This document shows positions 43,948 to 58,640 of a stretch of 64,000 nt of DNA, piece after piece. A program made the position numbers and the translations under genes. How positions within the stretch are numbered: the stretch's first letter is position 1; each line of letters starts with the position of its first letter. The notes below the pieces were generated by a model. It was given only the letters and a program-made list of their open reading frames with translations, ran no database searches and was not told the DNA's origin. Source of the stretch: Octopus sinensis (taxonomy: Eukaryota); assembly GCF_006345805.1 (NCBI RefSeq), contig NC_043009.1:45384001-45448000 (forward strand). The letters are read 5' to 3'.

Positions 43948-45104
43948 GTATATATATAATAAAACAATACTGGGAGGATAAGAGACGGAACGGAAGAAAA
44001 TTCGAAAATTCGAGGTCAAATAAATAACGTACCAGTCAAGTACTACAGTTGATTTGTCTTCTTTTCTGTTTCTCTCATTCGCCCATCAAAAAATTAACCA
44101 TGCTCACAGATGGGCTGTAACAGAATTAAAATGCCTAAAGCAACTCGAATTCTGTCATAACGTTATGCTTACGACCCCGTCAACGAGTTAAATGTATATA
44201 TATATGTGCGTGTGCTAAGTGTCACGAGAAGCTAAAATTGTGTCTCAATATTACCACAATATTCCTTTCTTCCGACAACACGGGAAATATGAAGCGGAGA
44301 ATAACGATTTGTAGATTATGAAGCTTCTTACTCCACTGTTATTATGAAGCTTCTTACTCCACTGTTATTATCCACTGTTATTATGAGCCCTCTTTTCTTC
44401 TGAGTGATATACTTCCATACCCACATATGTACATCTACACACACGTATTGTATTATTATTGATAATTTCAAAAATATTAAACAATTTTTTTTTTAAATAG
44501 AGCTCTGAAAACAGGCAGTAATGCATTTGTATTTATAAAGCACTATCAGCAACTGTGCAACGAATTTGAAAAAGTTATCCAAAGATGCATATAACATGAC
44601 ATAAAAACAAACACACACACACACCCATACATACGTTTGTGGAAGTATGTTACTATTTGTGTTTTGGTATGAAATCGCAAAGTGCTCAATGCCCACATGC
44701 ATTACAAGCGTGAAAAGTCTGTGGAAAGTTTTAAATATTCTATGAAATATCGATTAATCAAATATATATTTCTATGACATCAAAGATGTGTCTTTTTTAA
44801 CCAAAAGAGGAGCCGAAATATATGAAATTTATGGAATGTATGAAATTTATTATACATGTACAGCTATATATATGTTTTATTTATCTTAAATTAGCTATAT
44901 ATCTCTTGACGACAAGTTCTGCTGACGTCACTGTGACGACATTTGACATCTTTATGAAATTATTAGCGACACCAGTTCCCCTAATGGTCTACTTTATTTT
45001 ATATATAGATATTAGTTATTTATATAGATATTAGTTATTTATTTTGTTAAAAATACTTTTAAAAAATCCTTTCATTCTGGAAAGAGGTTAAGACGTATGA
45101 TAAA

Positions 45105-45266
45105 AATAAAGATAATAATATTAATAATAATGATAATAATAATAATAAATGGTAATAATAATAATAATAATAATGATAATAATAATGATAATAATAATAA
45201 TAATAATAATGATAAATAATAATAATAATAATAATAATTAATAATAATAATAAAAAACAATTAATG

Positions 45267-45306
<40 letters not shown>

Positions 45307-45400
45307 TAACTAATAATAATAAAAAATAATAATAATAATAATAATAATAAAATAATAATAATAATAATAAAAAAAATAATAATTAATAATAATAATAATG

Positions 45401-45438
<38 letters not shown>

Positions 45439-45455
45439 TAATAATAATAATAATG
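45105..45455. repeat. (AAT)n microsatellite, ~350 bp
   Basis: Direct inspection. Confidence 0.97.
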
Positions 45456-45806
45456 TTTGCTATAATGATAATTTTTCTTTTTATATGAAACAAGTGAAAT
45501 TGTTCTTGACAGTGGTATGGTGAGGGTGAGGAATAACTTGTGTAATTAAATCTATTATAAATACAATGCTAACAAATGATGGAATACGTCCAAAACACAA
45601 CGACCATGAAAGAAATTAATAGATACATAAAAAGTACGTAGGAATTAATTGCGTGTTCATTCTCACATTAATTAATTCTTTCGAATTTCTCACTAATGGA
45701 GAATGAAAGAAGCGATTTTTAAAACCAAGAAATAAAATTGTTTCATTGGAATTTTGACTGTATCAAAACAAAACAAGATAGTTGTACAAGTGCACGTGTG
45801 TGAATT

Positions 45807-45840
<34 letters not shown>

Positions 45841-45849
45841 ATATATATA

Positions 45850-45884
<35 letters not shown>

Positions 45885-45960
45885 TAGTAAAAAGTGAAAA
45901 AACTACAGAAGGCTATTTTCTATATATTCAACCACGAGCTTTCACACACCAACTTTCTCA

Positions 45961-46040
<80 letters not shown>

Positions 46041-46450
46041 ATATATATATATATATACATATATATGTATATATTTATATATGTGTGAATGTGTGTGTGT
46101 GTGTGTATGCATGTATGCGCACATTTAAGAATGCGAACATGTTTAGGTGCACGTATAGATGGCATTGCATATGTGCTTCATATTCGCTGAAATCATGAAT
46201 ACACCTTGTAGCTAACAACTCTGAGGTGAGTTGCTTTTGGTTTTGTGTACCTAATTTCTCAAGTTTAGTGCTGAAGCACTTATTCACGTATCTAAGTACT
46301 CTAATAATTATTGGTAAAAATTTAAAGTTATATTCAGGAAGGAGCTTCTCCCGATTCTAATGACTTCAGCGTACATGTTCTCTTTCTTACTAATATCTTT
46401 TACATTGCTGATATGCGCTGGGCAACCGATTTTAACGTCTTTGTATGTAA

Positions 46451-46481
<31 letters not shown>

Positions 46482-46769
46482 GGTACATTTGCGTATGTTG
46501 ATGCATGCGTGTATATATGTTTGTACATATGTATCTATGAGTGCATGTGCTCATGCAACTACGTATGTATTTATGTATGTTAAATTTTCTAAGTTAATTT
46601 GTTTTCGAATTTATGATCGATGGAAAAAGCGTAAATTTCTCGCCTAGAAATTTAAACATCTTCAGTGGAGTCATGTATGTATATATATATATGTAAGCTC
46701 GTAGGAATGTGTGTGTATATATATATATATGTATGTACATATATATTTATACAATCATGCATAAATAAT

Positions 46770-47087
46770 GGTAAAGACCACTTTCGGTCATGAATGACCA
46801 CGGAATTGCAGCTAGAAAGTAACCCCTCCACACGAGGCACAAATCCGAGAAAGTCGCCCAAGCTTACCAGCTTCACTTCTCCAGATCACTGATGTTATCC
46901 AAGGGAAAGGCAAAGGCCGATACAACTTGAGACCGGTGACGTTGCAACTCATTTCTGCAACTGAATGAACCGGAGCAGCGATAAATAAAGAGCCTTGCTC
47001 AAGAACACAACAAACAGCCTTGTCCAGGATTCGAACACACTACCACATGTTTGTGCGCCCGATACTCAAACTACTGAGCCATGCGCC
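46770..47087 (-). mobile_element. SINE family C
   Basis: Reverse strand: CTTGCTCAAGAACACAAC core, GGATTCGAAC B-box, TGAGCCATGCGCC head. Body CCAAGGGAAAGGCAAAGGCCGATACA shared with 50755-51065. Confidence 0.75.
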
Positions 47088-47856
47088 ATCATGCGTAATA
47101 AAACGAATACTTACTTCACAATATTTAATGCCTGGAGGCATATGAAGGTTCGTATGCCTGCGTATAATAACGTTTTACATGTTTGTATACATATATGTAT
47201 ACACCTATGTTTATATACATACATCTATATATGTGGGAATATATATGTATGTAATGTATGTATGTTTGTAAGTTTATGTATGCATGTATGAATTTATAGG
47301 TTTGTTTATATGTCCTTTACAGAAGTATATAAGCAACCATTAACATATCTGTGCATGTTTGTATGCAATGTGCAAGCGCATATGCCATTGCATGTATCAG
47401 TCTATATGTGTCGTCTTAGGAATAATTTGAATATACGTATGTTCGTATCTCTATATATGTTTATGTGTAAATATTAGGTTAAAGCTCCCGAAATATATTG
47501 GAGACGTTTGGCCATTTATCAATCTCATTTTTGTCGCATTTTTCTAATTCATTTTAACATTTGGGTTGTATGAAACACAGCAGCATTTCGTTTACGTTCA
47601 TAAGTATACCATTAATCAAAGATACAATTCGAAAGTTTAGATTTCAAATCTAGTAGCTGCAACCTTTTTATTAGATTGGTATAGATATTTATTCAATTAA
47701 ATTTTATACTAACCCTGCTAATATATATGAGTGTTTGAGATTGTGTGTGTATGCTTGTGCGCACACACACACACACATATATACATACATAGAAATATAT
47801 ACGTAGATAGATACATACACAGTATATATATATATATATATATTGATGTATGTATG

Positions 47857-47939
<83 letters not shown>

Positions 47940-47959
47940 CTGTGTGTATTCCACATAAT

Positions 47960-49170
47960 AAACTCTTGTGCAAGTGAAACCTACCACATTCTAACATTCA
48001 TGGACCAAATCCTGAAACGAAATTCCGAACTAGTCTTATCATGCATGCACAAAATAAACATGAAGCCATTTCAAACCAATAATCTTTTCTAACGGCTAAA
48101 CTTGTTAATATCCATTCATCCCCATACACCATAAATTATCCCCAAAATATAAAAATATATATAAAAATACTCTTATAGCTTTACATTTTTTACACTAAAC
48201 CAATACTTTTTATATCTAAAAGTCTCCCTATCTCCAATTAAAATCCCAAGAAAAAAAGTTTCTCGTATAACTACGCACATCTATATACAAACACATAAAA
48301 TTCATACTTGTATGCAAGCAAAACGAAAGAAAGCTCTCCTTTATCTTTTAAATTAGATCCTTTTATATTTTTGTTAGCATTTTTACACATGAATATATAC
48401 ATACCTTCTATATCAACCTCTCATTACTATGTAACTACAACAGAATTTGAAGAAATGTTATTAACAAACACCAAATAAGCTCTACCTACACAAAACAGGG
48501 AGGTTAAAATCCCTATATACCGATGAAATTGCTTATGGAACTATGCTAAAGAGAAACATCAACTTATAACCTTTGCATAAATACTTTTCTGAACATCAAA
48601 ACACAAGAGAAACAACTTTCTATACTAACAAGACCATAGTATGCTTGTCTAATAACCCTAAACTTACAAATGAAAACAAAAAATACCCTAAATAACAAAT
48701 AGAGAAATGACCAGCTTAAACTTACCCCCTTTCTACATTCTTTTGTGAAAGAAATATTGACACAACCAATTACTAAAGGCTAAAGTAGTAGACTTTGTAA
48801 CTTTGTCCTTTATATTGCTAAAGTAAAATGCAATAAAAATAAAGTTAAATGCAATAAAAAAAAGTAAAAACAAAATACTGTTGCACCTTCTGCCTACCCA
48901 ACAAAAAAGAAATACCTATAGGCTTATTTACAAAATTTTACATGCATTACTATATTCTAAACAAAAAGATAACCCAAAATTTAATCAAATAAAACTTTGG
49001 CAAAAGACATTTACCATAACTACTAACACTAAAAACCTAATTATCACCTTACTCAAGCCCACTCACGCAAAGATGGTTTTAACTCAGCAGAGGCTAACTT
49101 TTCATCGCAGTCCGACGATGGCTTAGCTGGTCGAAACTTTGAAATGACTGTCAACCATATTCTTGTTTAA
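47960..49170 (+). mobile_element. Highly decayed Penelope-like remnant with a pLTR-like 3' end
   Basis: A/C-skewed strand; weak GIY-YIG-like fragments (LIYKI..., SIYKHI). Ends in CCGACGATGGC...GTCGAAAC, a degenerate hammerhead-like pLTR signature at about 49111-49137. Confidence 0.33.
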
Positions 49171-49270
49171 GAATATTAATTTTATCCACTACAAAGGTAT
49201 AGAGCAGGTCATCAAATGAATGTTAAATTGTTTTAATTGTAATTGAACAACAAAAAAAAAGAAATACAGC

Positions 49271-49348
<78 letters not shown>

Positions 49349-49562
49349 ATATATAGATGCTGTATATATATTGTGTGTGTGTAAGTTTAGATATATATAT
49401 ATATATGTAAATTTATACAAATATATAAACTTATATACACACACACGCATATATATATATATACATATATATATAAACTCATATATACACATACACATAT
49501 GTATCAGTTTATGTAATATACAATATATATTGGTTGTGTCAATATATATATATTATATATAT

Positions 49563-49604
<42 letters not shown>

Positions 49605-49948
49605 CATACTTACAGTTGTATGTGTTTGTATGTACGTTGATACATATATCTTTACATTGATGTATACTGAAGAAATGATACTTTGATAACCTTCGGGCTT
49701 CTTTCCTCCAGGCTCATAAATAAATCAAAATTGATTTCTTTAACTAATATGATTCTAGTTAATTCATAGCAAAATATTCTACAGTTGAGACGATTTCCTC
49801 TTAACTTTCTCTCCACCCTGCATATCAACGAAATAGAATTACGTATAAAAACACATCCACGTCTTAAACTATTTATTTCTTGGTTTATGTCTCTGCGAAA
49901 ACTAACTGCTTATGAGAGAGGAAGAGAGGGATAGAAAGGGATGGAGAA

Positions 49949-49985
<37 letters not shown>

Positions 49986-50754
49986 GAGAGAGGGAGAGAG
50001 CGAGAGAGAGAGGGAGAGAGGGAGAGAGGGAGAGAGCGAGAGAGAGAGAGAAATTTTAGTTTAGCGGCTAGTTTCTAGAACTGTAATTTGAACAACGGTT
50101 AAGTATGTGGTAAATTCAAGGAAATAGAAGAGAAAATGTAGAAGAGTCAAAAACAGAGAAGGAGAAAATGGAAGGAAGAGAAATGAGAAAGACAACGATG
50201 GATATAGGGGGGAACTGCGTACGATAGAAGAATATGTTGTAAACAGAATTAAAAATCATTGCAAGGTCGTGTCACATGACAGGTAAGCGACACTGGAATA
50301 CAGTTGGCAGTTTTCGGTTGGAACTTAAGAACAGAATTATTGACATAAAATGTATTAAAATCTAGTCAAGATTACACAAGCAAAAAAAAAAAAAAAGATC
50401 GAAAGGAAAAAAGTAATGTTATATAAAATGTGAATCTTGTAATGTAACAAGTCTCGATATTATTACCCTGTTGGGAGGCTAGAATTTTTAGTTAAATTCA
50501 CGCTGTTTATTGATAAAGAACCTGTATTGATTTCATTTAGTAGTTAGTGTGTTCTTCAGAATGATCTACTTTTTTTTGACTGTCATATTTCGAAATTTAG
50601 ATGAATATATATAATCGTAGCACTTCATGAATTCGGTAAAAGGGAAGTGGTCGTACAACACACAACTTATATATCGCGCAGGATAACTTGCTTTTTCTCT
50701 ATATGATTTCAATTGACGGTAGAAAATTAATTCAAATTCAGTAATACCTGCAAC

Positions 50755-51065
50755 GAGAGCATCCACTTCGGCCATGAATGAGATTGCACTTAGAGAGTAA
50801 CCTTCCGAGGCAGAAATCTGGGCAAGGTTGTCTATGAAAAACCGGCAGTCGCTCATGCGTACCACCTCTCTCCACATCACTGAAGTAATCCAAGGGAAAG
50901 GCAAAAGCCGTTACAGCTTGGTACCAGTGACATCATAACCTGAGTGAACTGGAGTAATGTGAAATAAAGTGTCTTGCTCAAGAATACAACAGACCGGTGC
51001 GGGAATCGAACTTACTACCTCATGATTATAAGCACAACGCTCTAACTATTGAGCCATGTTCCTTC
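50755..51065 (-). mobile_element. SINE family C
   Basis: GTGAAATAAAGTGTCTTGCTCAAGAATACAAC, GGGAATCGAAC and GAGCCATGTTCCTTC on the reverse strand. Confidence 0.78.
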
Positions 51066-52008
51066 CCGGTATCTGCAATAATGTCCTTGGAAATGATAAG
51101 CATGTTGCAAAGTTTCAGTCTTCATCTATCTTGATGTATGAGGAGTTATGCTTTGCCGAAAATACCTGCGTAGATTAGCGTCGTAGACCAAGAATTTATC
51201 TCTCGGACACGATTTCGATAATATGTTTGAGTCAATTCGCTTATTTTAGAACGCCGGTGGGTTGAGGAAACGTGGATGTCCCACTTCTGTCTATTTGACG
51301 TCACAAAGAAGCTAATGATTTTGTGAGTAACTCTCGTAGAGTAAATTAACATCGCTGTAAGCTTTGCTGATATCACTACACATTTGATGGTGTTTCGTTC
51401 ACCGGCAGTTAATTATCCAGAAGGCCCCAATGATATTTATAATTGTGTGAGATTTTGCGTCTATTAAAAAAAAAATTGAAATCAATCTAGTGCCATTACT
51501 ACGAAGATATTAAAAACAGCGACACCAGATAAACGATTGAATAAATAAAGAAAACAAATAAATAAACGATACTTTAAAGAAAAGCATCGAAAGTGAAAGA
51601 AATAACTTAGAGATGCCATCTGTATAATGTCTAATATATTTCTCTGTTGTAAATAATGTTGGGTTTTAGCAAAGTGAAGAGAACGAATAAATTTTATTTG
51701 CTGCTTATATGCAATTGTTTATTTCAAGATTGGTTTTTGTTCACGTGTAATTTATATAGTAGGTTAAGGATTAATAATATTATTGAAGGACACATATTAT
51801 TCTGAGCAATAACTCAGAATAATATAAAGACAGGGATTGTAAGTGATATAAACGCAGCAAGCAAGATAAGTAAATAGAATAGTAATGTATAAAATGCATA
51901 TAGTGTACACAGTAATTGATACTGTATATTGACGCTACGTGTATATTAGACGCTACTGAAGTGCTGTTTTAAAAGAATGTTCCACCTTGCATATATATAT
52001 ATAATATA

Positions 52009-52046
<38 letters not shown>

Positions 52047-52086
52047 ACATTAGAGAATGTCAACAGGCATTTCCTTTCTACAAATA

Positions 52087-52196
<110 letters not shown>

Positions 52197-53884
52197 GTAT
52201 GTATTTATAAATACAAGCATTCATGTGGAACTTAAAGGAGTCAATGTTCGCATAAAATACGAAATGGGAAAGCGTAGGAATAACGATATAAAGAGCTGGA
52301 TATTGTTATATATTGAGAAAACGTGTTCTGTGTATACAGATTCCTTTTAAATACTAGGTATTTGTAGAAAGGAAATGCCTGTTGACATTCTCTAAGGTAT
52401 GGTAAAAAAAAAACTGGCAAGGAAATATTAGTATTTTATTGAGTTCCGTTTGATAATCTCGATGGGTTTTGTATAATTCTCACTGCACAAATACTTCAAC
52501 TTAGCTTGTCAATCCTTCCGATATTAAATATCTTAATATTAACAAGAAATGTGATAGTGTCAACAGAAAGGCCGTATTACATATTCTACTGACATATGAT
52601 ATTCCAGATGAGATTGTCAAAAACATCACTATCAAGCTTTGTGCCAATAAAAAATAGTCGAGTAAAATAGTTTCTAACAACAATAGTAATGCTTCAGGAA
52701 TACACTCTCGCTTTTTCCTTTGTGATCGTAATGGATGACATTCTCAGGTAAAGATTTGACTCTTTTCAAGCAGAAGTGTTCAAGATGTCAATAGAGTGCA
52801 CATCTATTTGACTTTCACAATTCTGATTATCCTGCCCTCAGCAATATTTATAGATCTCCCTTGAGATTGATACAACCAAAGTCATTTTGTTTCTCAATAT
52901 AAAAATACTACCTACATGTGCATCAATGTAGACGAAAGCCATCCGCCAATTTGTTCCAACAATAGCGCACAACTCAATGAGGGCAATGATTTTAAGTTTC
53001 TGATGATAAGTAATAGTTCCTTGAGACTAATCTGTACTGTCGGTAAAAAGCTTCTAATCATCGGTCGATCAAGTATTTCAAAGTAGACTGGACTTCTACA
53101 TTTTACAGTGTATTCTTCAATGGAACTAAAACCTGAGCTATGAGGAAGGTGCAAAAGAGTCACCTTCAGAGACAACAGACTGCTCATGAGGACTCAAGAC
53201 AACTCATTGCCGAAGCAGAAGATCAAACAAAATTTATGGACACATTTCACTATCTCTAATATTGTTTCTCAGTACAGTATAGGTTTCATTGGATTTTCGG
53301 CTAGTCAGATATTACATTTTAGATATTCTAGTAACCTAACAGTTTATTATTGGTAGGGATAAATTACATAAAATGGAGTTTCGACAAAAGATAATGAAGG
53401 GCACACGTTTTGGGCACGGCAATGTGGGACGCACCTCGGGTGCCCCTGCATGAAGAATAACGTAAACTGTGTGTGTTTTCAGTAAACACATTATTTTAGC
53501 CTCAGTGTATAGAGACCGTTGTGAAACCGTAGATTTATTTCTATATTTTAACTATTGATTTTCGCACATTTCGTGGCTCTGCAGCCGTCCATTTTCTGTA
53601 CATTATCTTAATGGTTCTTCCATCCTTATTCCGATTATTGTGGTTAAAGTTCACAGTTCACATGTCTGCTCTTGTCTCTCTTACTTGCAGAAGTAATTAA
53701 AATAATATTAGCCAAGGAGTAAAATGCTTTTTTCCCCTCACTGCATAATTGTTTTCAGTTCTCTTTTTAACCTTATCTGCATATAATATAATAACTCTAC
53801 ACTCGCTATTGATAATATGACTGGGACCTGCGAAACTCTGTAGGAATACGAGCCAGTAATAAGAATTCATAATGAACACAACTC

Positions 53885-53940
<56 letters not shown>

Positions 53941-55003
53941 ACATAATGCTCATACAAATATTCCAACAGAGATCCGCTGTTGTTGTTTAGCTTAAGGCCA
54001 TCTTTGTTTTTACAACTGTGACTTTCATATTGTTGTAGCGGTGTTTAAACTACATTATCTAATATAGTCTATCCTTTCCAGAGTGACGTTGCTTCGTTTC
54101 TGAACTCGATCCTAAACTGGTTGGGATTGAGAGCAATTTGAGAGCAAGTGTGTTGCCTTTCTCTCAATGCCTCATGCTAAGACCTTAAAGCAGCAGCAGT
54201 AGCATCAGAGGCAACAGCAAACATCCATTGCGTAGGATTCTCTCTTCTTTATTCATTTTATCGCTGCAAGTGTAGTTAATGTGCTTTCATGATACACTTC
54301 TATATTTCTTCATTAATGTTTACCATCTTAACACGATAACTACTCGACATTCTTTCAAATAATGCATAAGTCAATAATTTACCTTATATTATTTAATTAC
54401 ACTCTACATTTTTATAATATAACACTTTATGTTCGAATCCCGCTGAGCCTTTTTTTCTTTTGGGCTCGATAAAAATATAATATACCAAGCGACGGTTTGG
54501 TACTTACTGGAACGTCGGATTGAATGTCTCTCAATCCCGACCCAGTGTGCACCGAGTTCAAATCCGGCTGGTCAACTCTGTTTTTCCTCTTTCTGGATTC
54601 GATTAAACAGTACCGATTCCAGGCGATACATTGGCGCAAATATAAGAACATCGGAGTGGATTACTTGTGGTACTTCTCTGGTTCTTTGCACATTGAGTTT
54701 AAATCCTATAACAGCCTACTTATTTGGGAGACTTTATTCATCATCCCGCTGGACCCATTCTATTGCAAATATTCGAGTCCACCCATCTCAGAAGCCATGT
54801 AAACGGTCATATCTACTGCTATCTCTCATGACCAAAAAGTGCTAGTGTGGCGCTATTATTGACATCATTGTATTGCCAAAGGTTAACCGCTGAACGACTA
54901 GACTTAGAAATAAAGAAGTTCTTGTCATGACCATTCCATCTGATTAGAATTCGGTTGTCAGATAAATTCACTGCTTTTATTTTTCATTGGCAATTTTAAT
55001 AAA

Positions 55004-55920
55004 TCAATCAATAATATATTCCCCTTCATTGTTCACCACTTCAAAGCCTTGGTAGCAGAAATTACTGGGTCGTGATTCGAAGAATTCCTGAAGCTACGTT
55101 TATTGCTCCACATTGTAGTTGACTGAAAAGCCTTGCAGATAAATGGAGAGTTATAGAAAAAAATACAATCTGAAGGCACTATGTCAGGAGAATACGGTCT
55201 AATACGGCATTACAGCATTTTTTTAACGCAGGAGCCAAGAGTTGTAGTTTAAAGAAGTACGCCGTGTCAGTGGCCGGATCGTTTCAGCTGACTTGCTTTG
55301 TTGATTCGGTGCATTTGTTGAACGTCAATCTCTGCATTAAGCATGTGCTTTGTTTCGTACTGAATTAGCCCTTCCCAATTCCACCAAATGCAAATCATTG
55401 TCTTGCGTAGATACAACTCTGGTTTGGCTTGAGGTCTTGCTTGCTTGCTGGGACTCGGCAGTTCTTTCCTATGTTTTATACTGACGTAAAGACCCCAGTT
55501 TCATCGCCAGTGTTCACTAGTAGCCCGGTGTCGATTGAGTAAACCAGCGGTGATACAGGAGCACTGTAGTTTGTCTTTTTCGTTCAAAGCGTGTGGCGCA
55601 CCATCACCGAGTTTTACGACTTTACCTATGAAGTGGATGTGATGAATGGTGATATCATGAGAACATCCCATTTGCTGCGCAGATCTCGTGGATGAACTCA
55701 TTCAATCGTTCCTCACTGAACTGAACAGGTCGGCCAGAACGCGAAAACGTTTGGGAAGTCGGAATTTACTTCCGTGAAGCGTGAACATCATTTTTGTCCA
55801 GTTCTTTCAACTATAGCTCCTTATCTGTATACAACACAAATGTCTCAAGCAGCTGTGGTTGCTTTGGAACTTTCGTTGAAAACAGGTGTCGAAAATGCTC
55901 ATTTTGTCTACTTAGAACTC
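55004..55920 (-). mobile_element. Mariner (DD34D-type) transposase pseudogene
   Basis: Minus-strand fragments: DK/NEHFRHL, SGRPVQFSEERLNEFIHE, GKVVKLGDGAPHALNEKDKLQ (cf. WVPHEL), KTMICIWWNWEGLIQYE, PYSPDIVPSD (cf. YSPDLAPSD) and VVNNEGEYIID* (stop 55004-55006); many lesions. Confidence 0.9.
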
Positions 55921-56182
55921 CACAGTCAACTTCCTGAAAAGAACCAACGTTTATTCAAATTTCAAAATCGATAAAGTAAAGCTGTAGTGGAAGAATAGAG
56001 CAACAAAAAGTAAGTAAATTAATAAAGAAAATAGTAAAATAAAATGAAATAAAAACAGAACACTATGGTGAAAATATTTTTCGTATGAATCCAAGTAACA
56101 TTGGGAAGAAACAAAAAAAAAATAACTCACCAACCATTATATCAGTGCTCATGTTGCATAATGCATTATTTTAATGATATAT

Positions 56183-56414
56183 ATTTCTTTACTACCCACA
56201 AGGGGCTAAACACAGAGGGGACAAACAAGGACAGACAAACGGATTAAGTCGATTACATCGATCCCAGTGCGTAACTGGTACTTAATTTATCGACCCCGAA
56301 AGGATGAAAGGCAAAGTCGACCTCGACGGAATTTGAACTCAGAACGTAACGGCAGACGAAATACGGCTACGCATTTCGCCCGGCGTGCTAACGTTTCTGC
56401 CAGCTCGCCGCCTT
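56183..56414 (-). mobile_element. SINE family A, young full-length copy
   Basis: Reverse complement is a complete family A sequence from AAGGCGGCGAGCTGGCAG to GTAAAGAAAT. Confidence 0.93.
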
Positions 56415-56926
56415 AAAATGATATAGTTTTGCGTGGCATATGACTGCTTTTTCTAGCAGTTCAAGCTTCTCTGCACCATTTCCCTAAGTTTGTGACTTTA
56501 AATAAATATCTCCATATAAGGAGAAATGCAGCAGATGGCAGAATCGGTATTTAGTCACGTCTCTTTATGATTTCAGCTCAAACTACTCAGGATCAATGTT
56601 TCATGAAGAAACCTCCTGAGAGCAATTGCATTGTTGTTAACAATAGTGACCACCCTAAATCAGTGACACTGGAGTTATGTAAAAATATAAAAACGGGAGA
56701 GATAGGTGAGAAGTGGTGGACGGTAGACGAAACGCATAGTAGTATCTGTTCACATTTATATATGTACATATACACACAGACACACATACTACCTATATAC
56801 ATTTATGTGTGTACATAAAACATTCGTAGACTACATACAAATACATTCATTCACACACACGCACACAAAAATATTTTCATGCTCGCGCGCACACACATAG
56901 TTGCATGTACGTATATATATATATAT

Positions 56927-57155
56927 AAGGCGAGCTGGCAGAAACGTTAGCACGCCGGGCGAAGTGCGTAGCCGTATTTCGTCTGTCGTTACGTTGTGAG
57001 TTCAAATTCCGCCGAGGTCGACTTTGCCTTTCATCCTTTTGCGGTCGATAAATAAAGTACCAGTTACGCACTGGGGTCGATGTAATCGACTTAATCCCTT
57101 TGTCTGTCCTTGTTTGTCCCCTCTATGTTTAGCCCCTTGTGGGCAATAAAGAAAT
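56927..57155 (+). mobile_element. SINE family A, young full-length copy
   Basis: Complete head to tail, followed by (TA)n. Confidence 0.93.
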
Positions 57156-57164
57156 ATATATATA

Positions 57165-57213
<49 letters not shown>

Positions 57214-58149
57214 AATATATATTATATATATACGTCGAAATAGATACATATTCACATGAATGTGTATGTATTCTTATACGTGTACCTCATAAGGAAGCAA
57301 ATTTACAAACAGAAGGAAGGTTACTTAGCAATGAATGGTACGGTAGGTAGAACCATGAAAGAGAACACAGGTAGAGAGAGGGGGAGAGAGGAATAGAGAG
57401 AGAGGAGGGAGAGAGGAAGAGAAAGAGGGGAGAGCAGAAGAGAGAGAGAGAGAGAGAGAGGGTGCGAGAAAGACCAAGATCGACATCATCAAGTAGGCAG
57501 ACACCATTGCGCTTCACAAGAGAGAAGCGGTAGGTAAGAGATTTTGACAATTACCTGTGAAAGGGGACATGATGAGTTCCGGTCTGTAAAGCAATGTGAC
57601 GGTGTAAACCAAAATGGCGTAGTTGAAATGTGTGTGAGTACTTATGGGAAAAGTATTATGTGGAGGAGGGAGATAGGGGAGAATACCCTTAAAGATTTCC
57701 AACAAAGAGTCGAGCTATTGAAACTGATTCTTACTCAGTCGAAATAGCCATTAAGTGAAAGCTGAATAAGTCTCGCCAAGATGTTATGACTACTTACTTT
57801 ATGAAGTAGATTGAGGGACAATCGTTTGCATAAGTATAGTCAATCCAGTAGTATAGGTACGGGCTACCCCAGAAGACTGACGAAGCTGTATCGTTAGGTG
57901 CTGCAGAGAAGGTGGATTAGATAGGAGTAACCATAGAGGTCTTAGACTGTGGGATTATTTCATGAAAATATAGACTGTTAGTAGAAAGATAGTTTCTGCA
58001 ACCGTTCGGGTTGACTTATTCGCTTTCATTTGCTGATGGTCTCTTTTACGTGAGACAACTAAAGTAAAACTGCTTAGCAAAGAGTTAGCTTCTATATCTA
58101 ACATTGGTTTACGCCGAGAAAACCTTTAACACATAATCGAACTTGGTAG

Positions 58150-58640
58150 TATATTGGATGCCAAGTAAAATACGTTTGTGCAAGTTATTTACAGAGATAT
58201 TTTTAACAATATGCGGGTAGCAACGAGTTTCTCGATGAACTTATATGCAGTTGGGTGTCCTCTTCTTAATCTCTTCCTCTTTGCTTTTTATTATTCTTAG
58301 CAGAGGAGCTTAAGACTGACGTTTTGAAGAAACGACGGTATGCTGATGAGGTGGCCCTCAAAACGTAATCTGTTGATGAATTAGCTAAGCAACACCAAAG
58401 GCGGAAGCGCAGATTAGAATCGAATGGTCTTGAAATAAACATAGGAAAGACAAATGTTTTACATACCACAAAGAAGACATGGAGTGATAATAATCGATAT
58501 GTAAAAAACAAATTGATAGAAATTCTGTTTTCTCTCATTCAGTGTATACTTTCAGGGTACAAAAAGTGTGGTGGATCAGGGATAGCGTGACAGAGCTGAT
58601 GTATAAGAGGAGTTACTGGAAGAAACGCATACACATATGT
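58150..58640 (+). mobile_element. RTE-clade LINE reverse-transcriptase fragment, decayed
   Basis: SSLLFIIL and RYADEVALKT*SVDELAKQHQRRKRRLESNGLEINIGKTNVL (cf. LYADDL...LESKGLKVNxxKTKV). Confidence 0.75.

Noticed and set aside
47960-49170. A/C-skewed segment as a mitochondrial insertion (NUMT)
   Set aside because: No recognisable mitochondrial protein, rRNA or tRNA; weak PLE-like motifs fit better.
58334-58356. CTGATGAGGTGGCCCTCAAAAC as a hammerhead core
   Set aside because: It is the YADE-VALK codons of an RTE reverse transcriptase and lacks GAAA and helix I.
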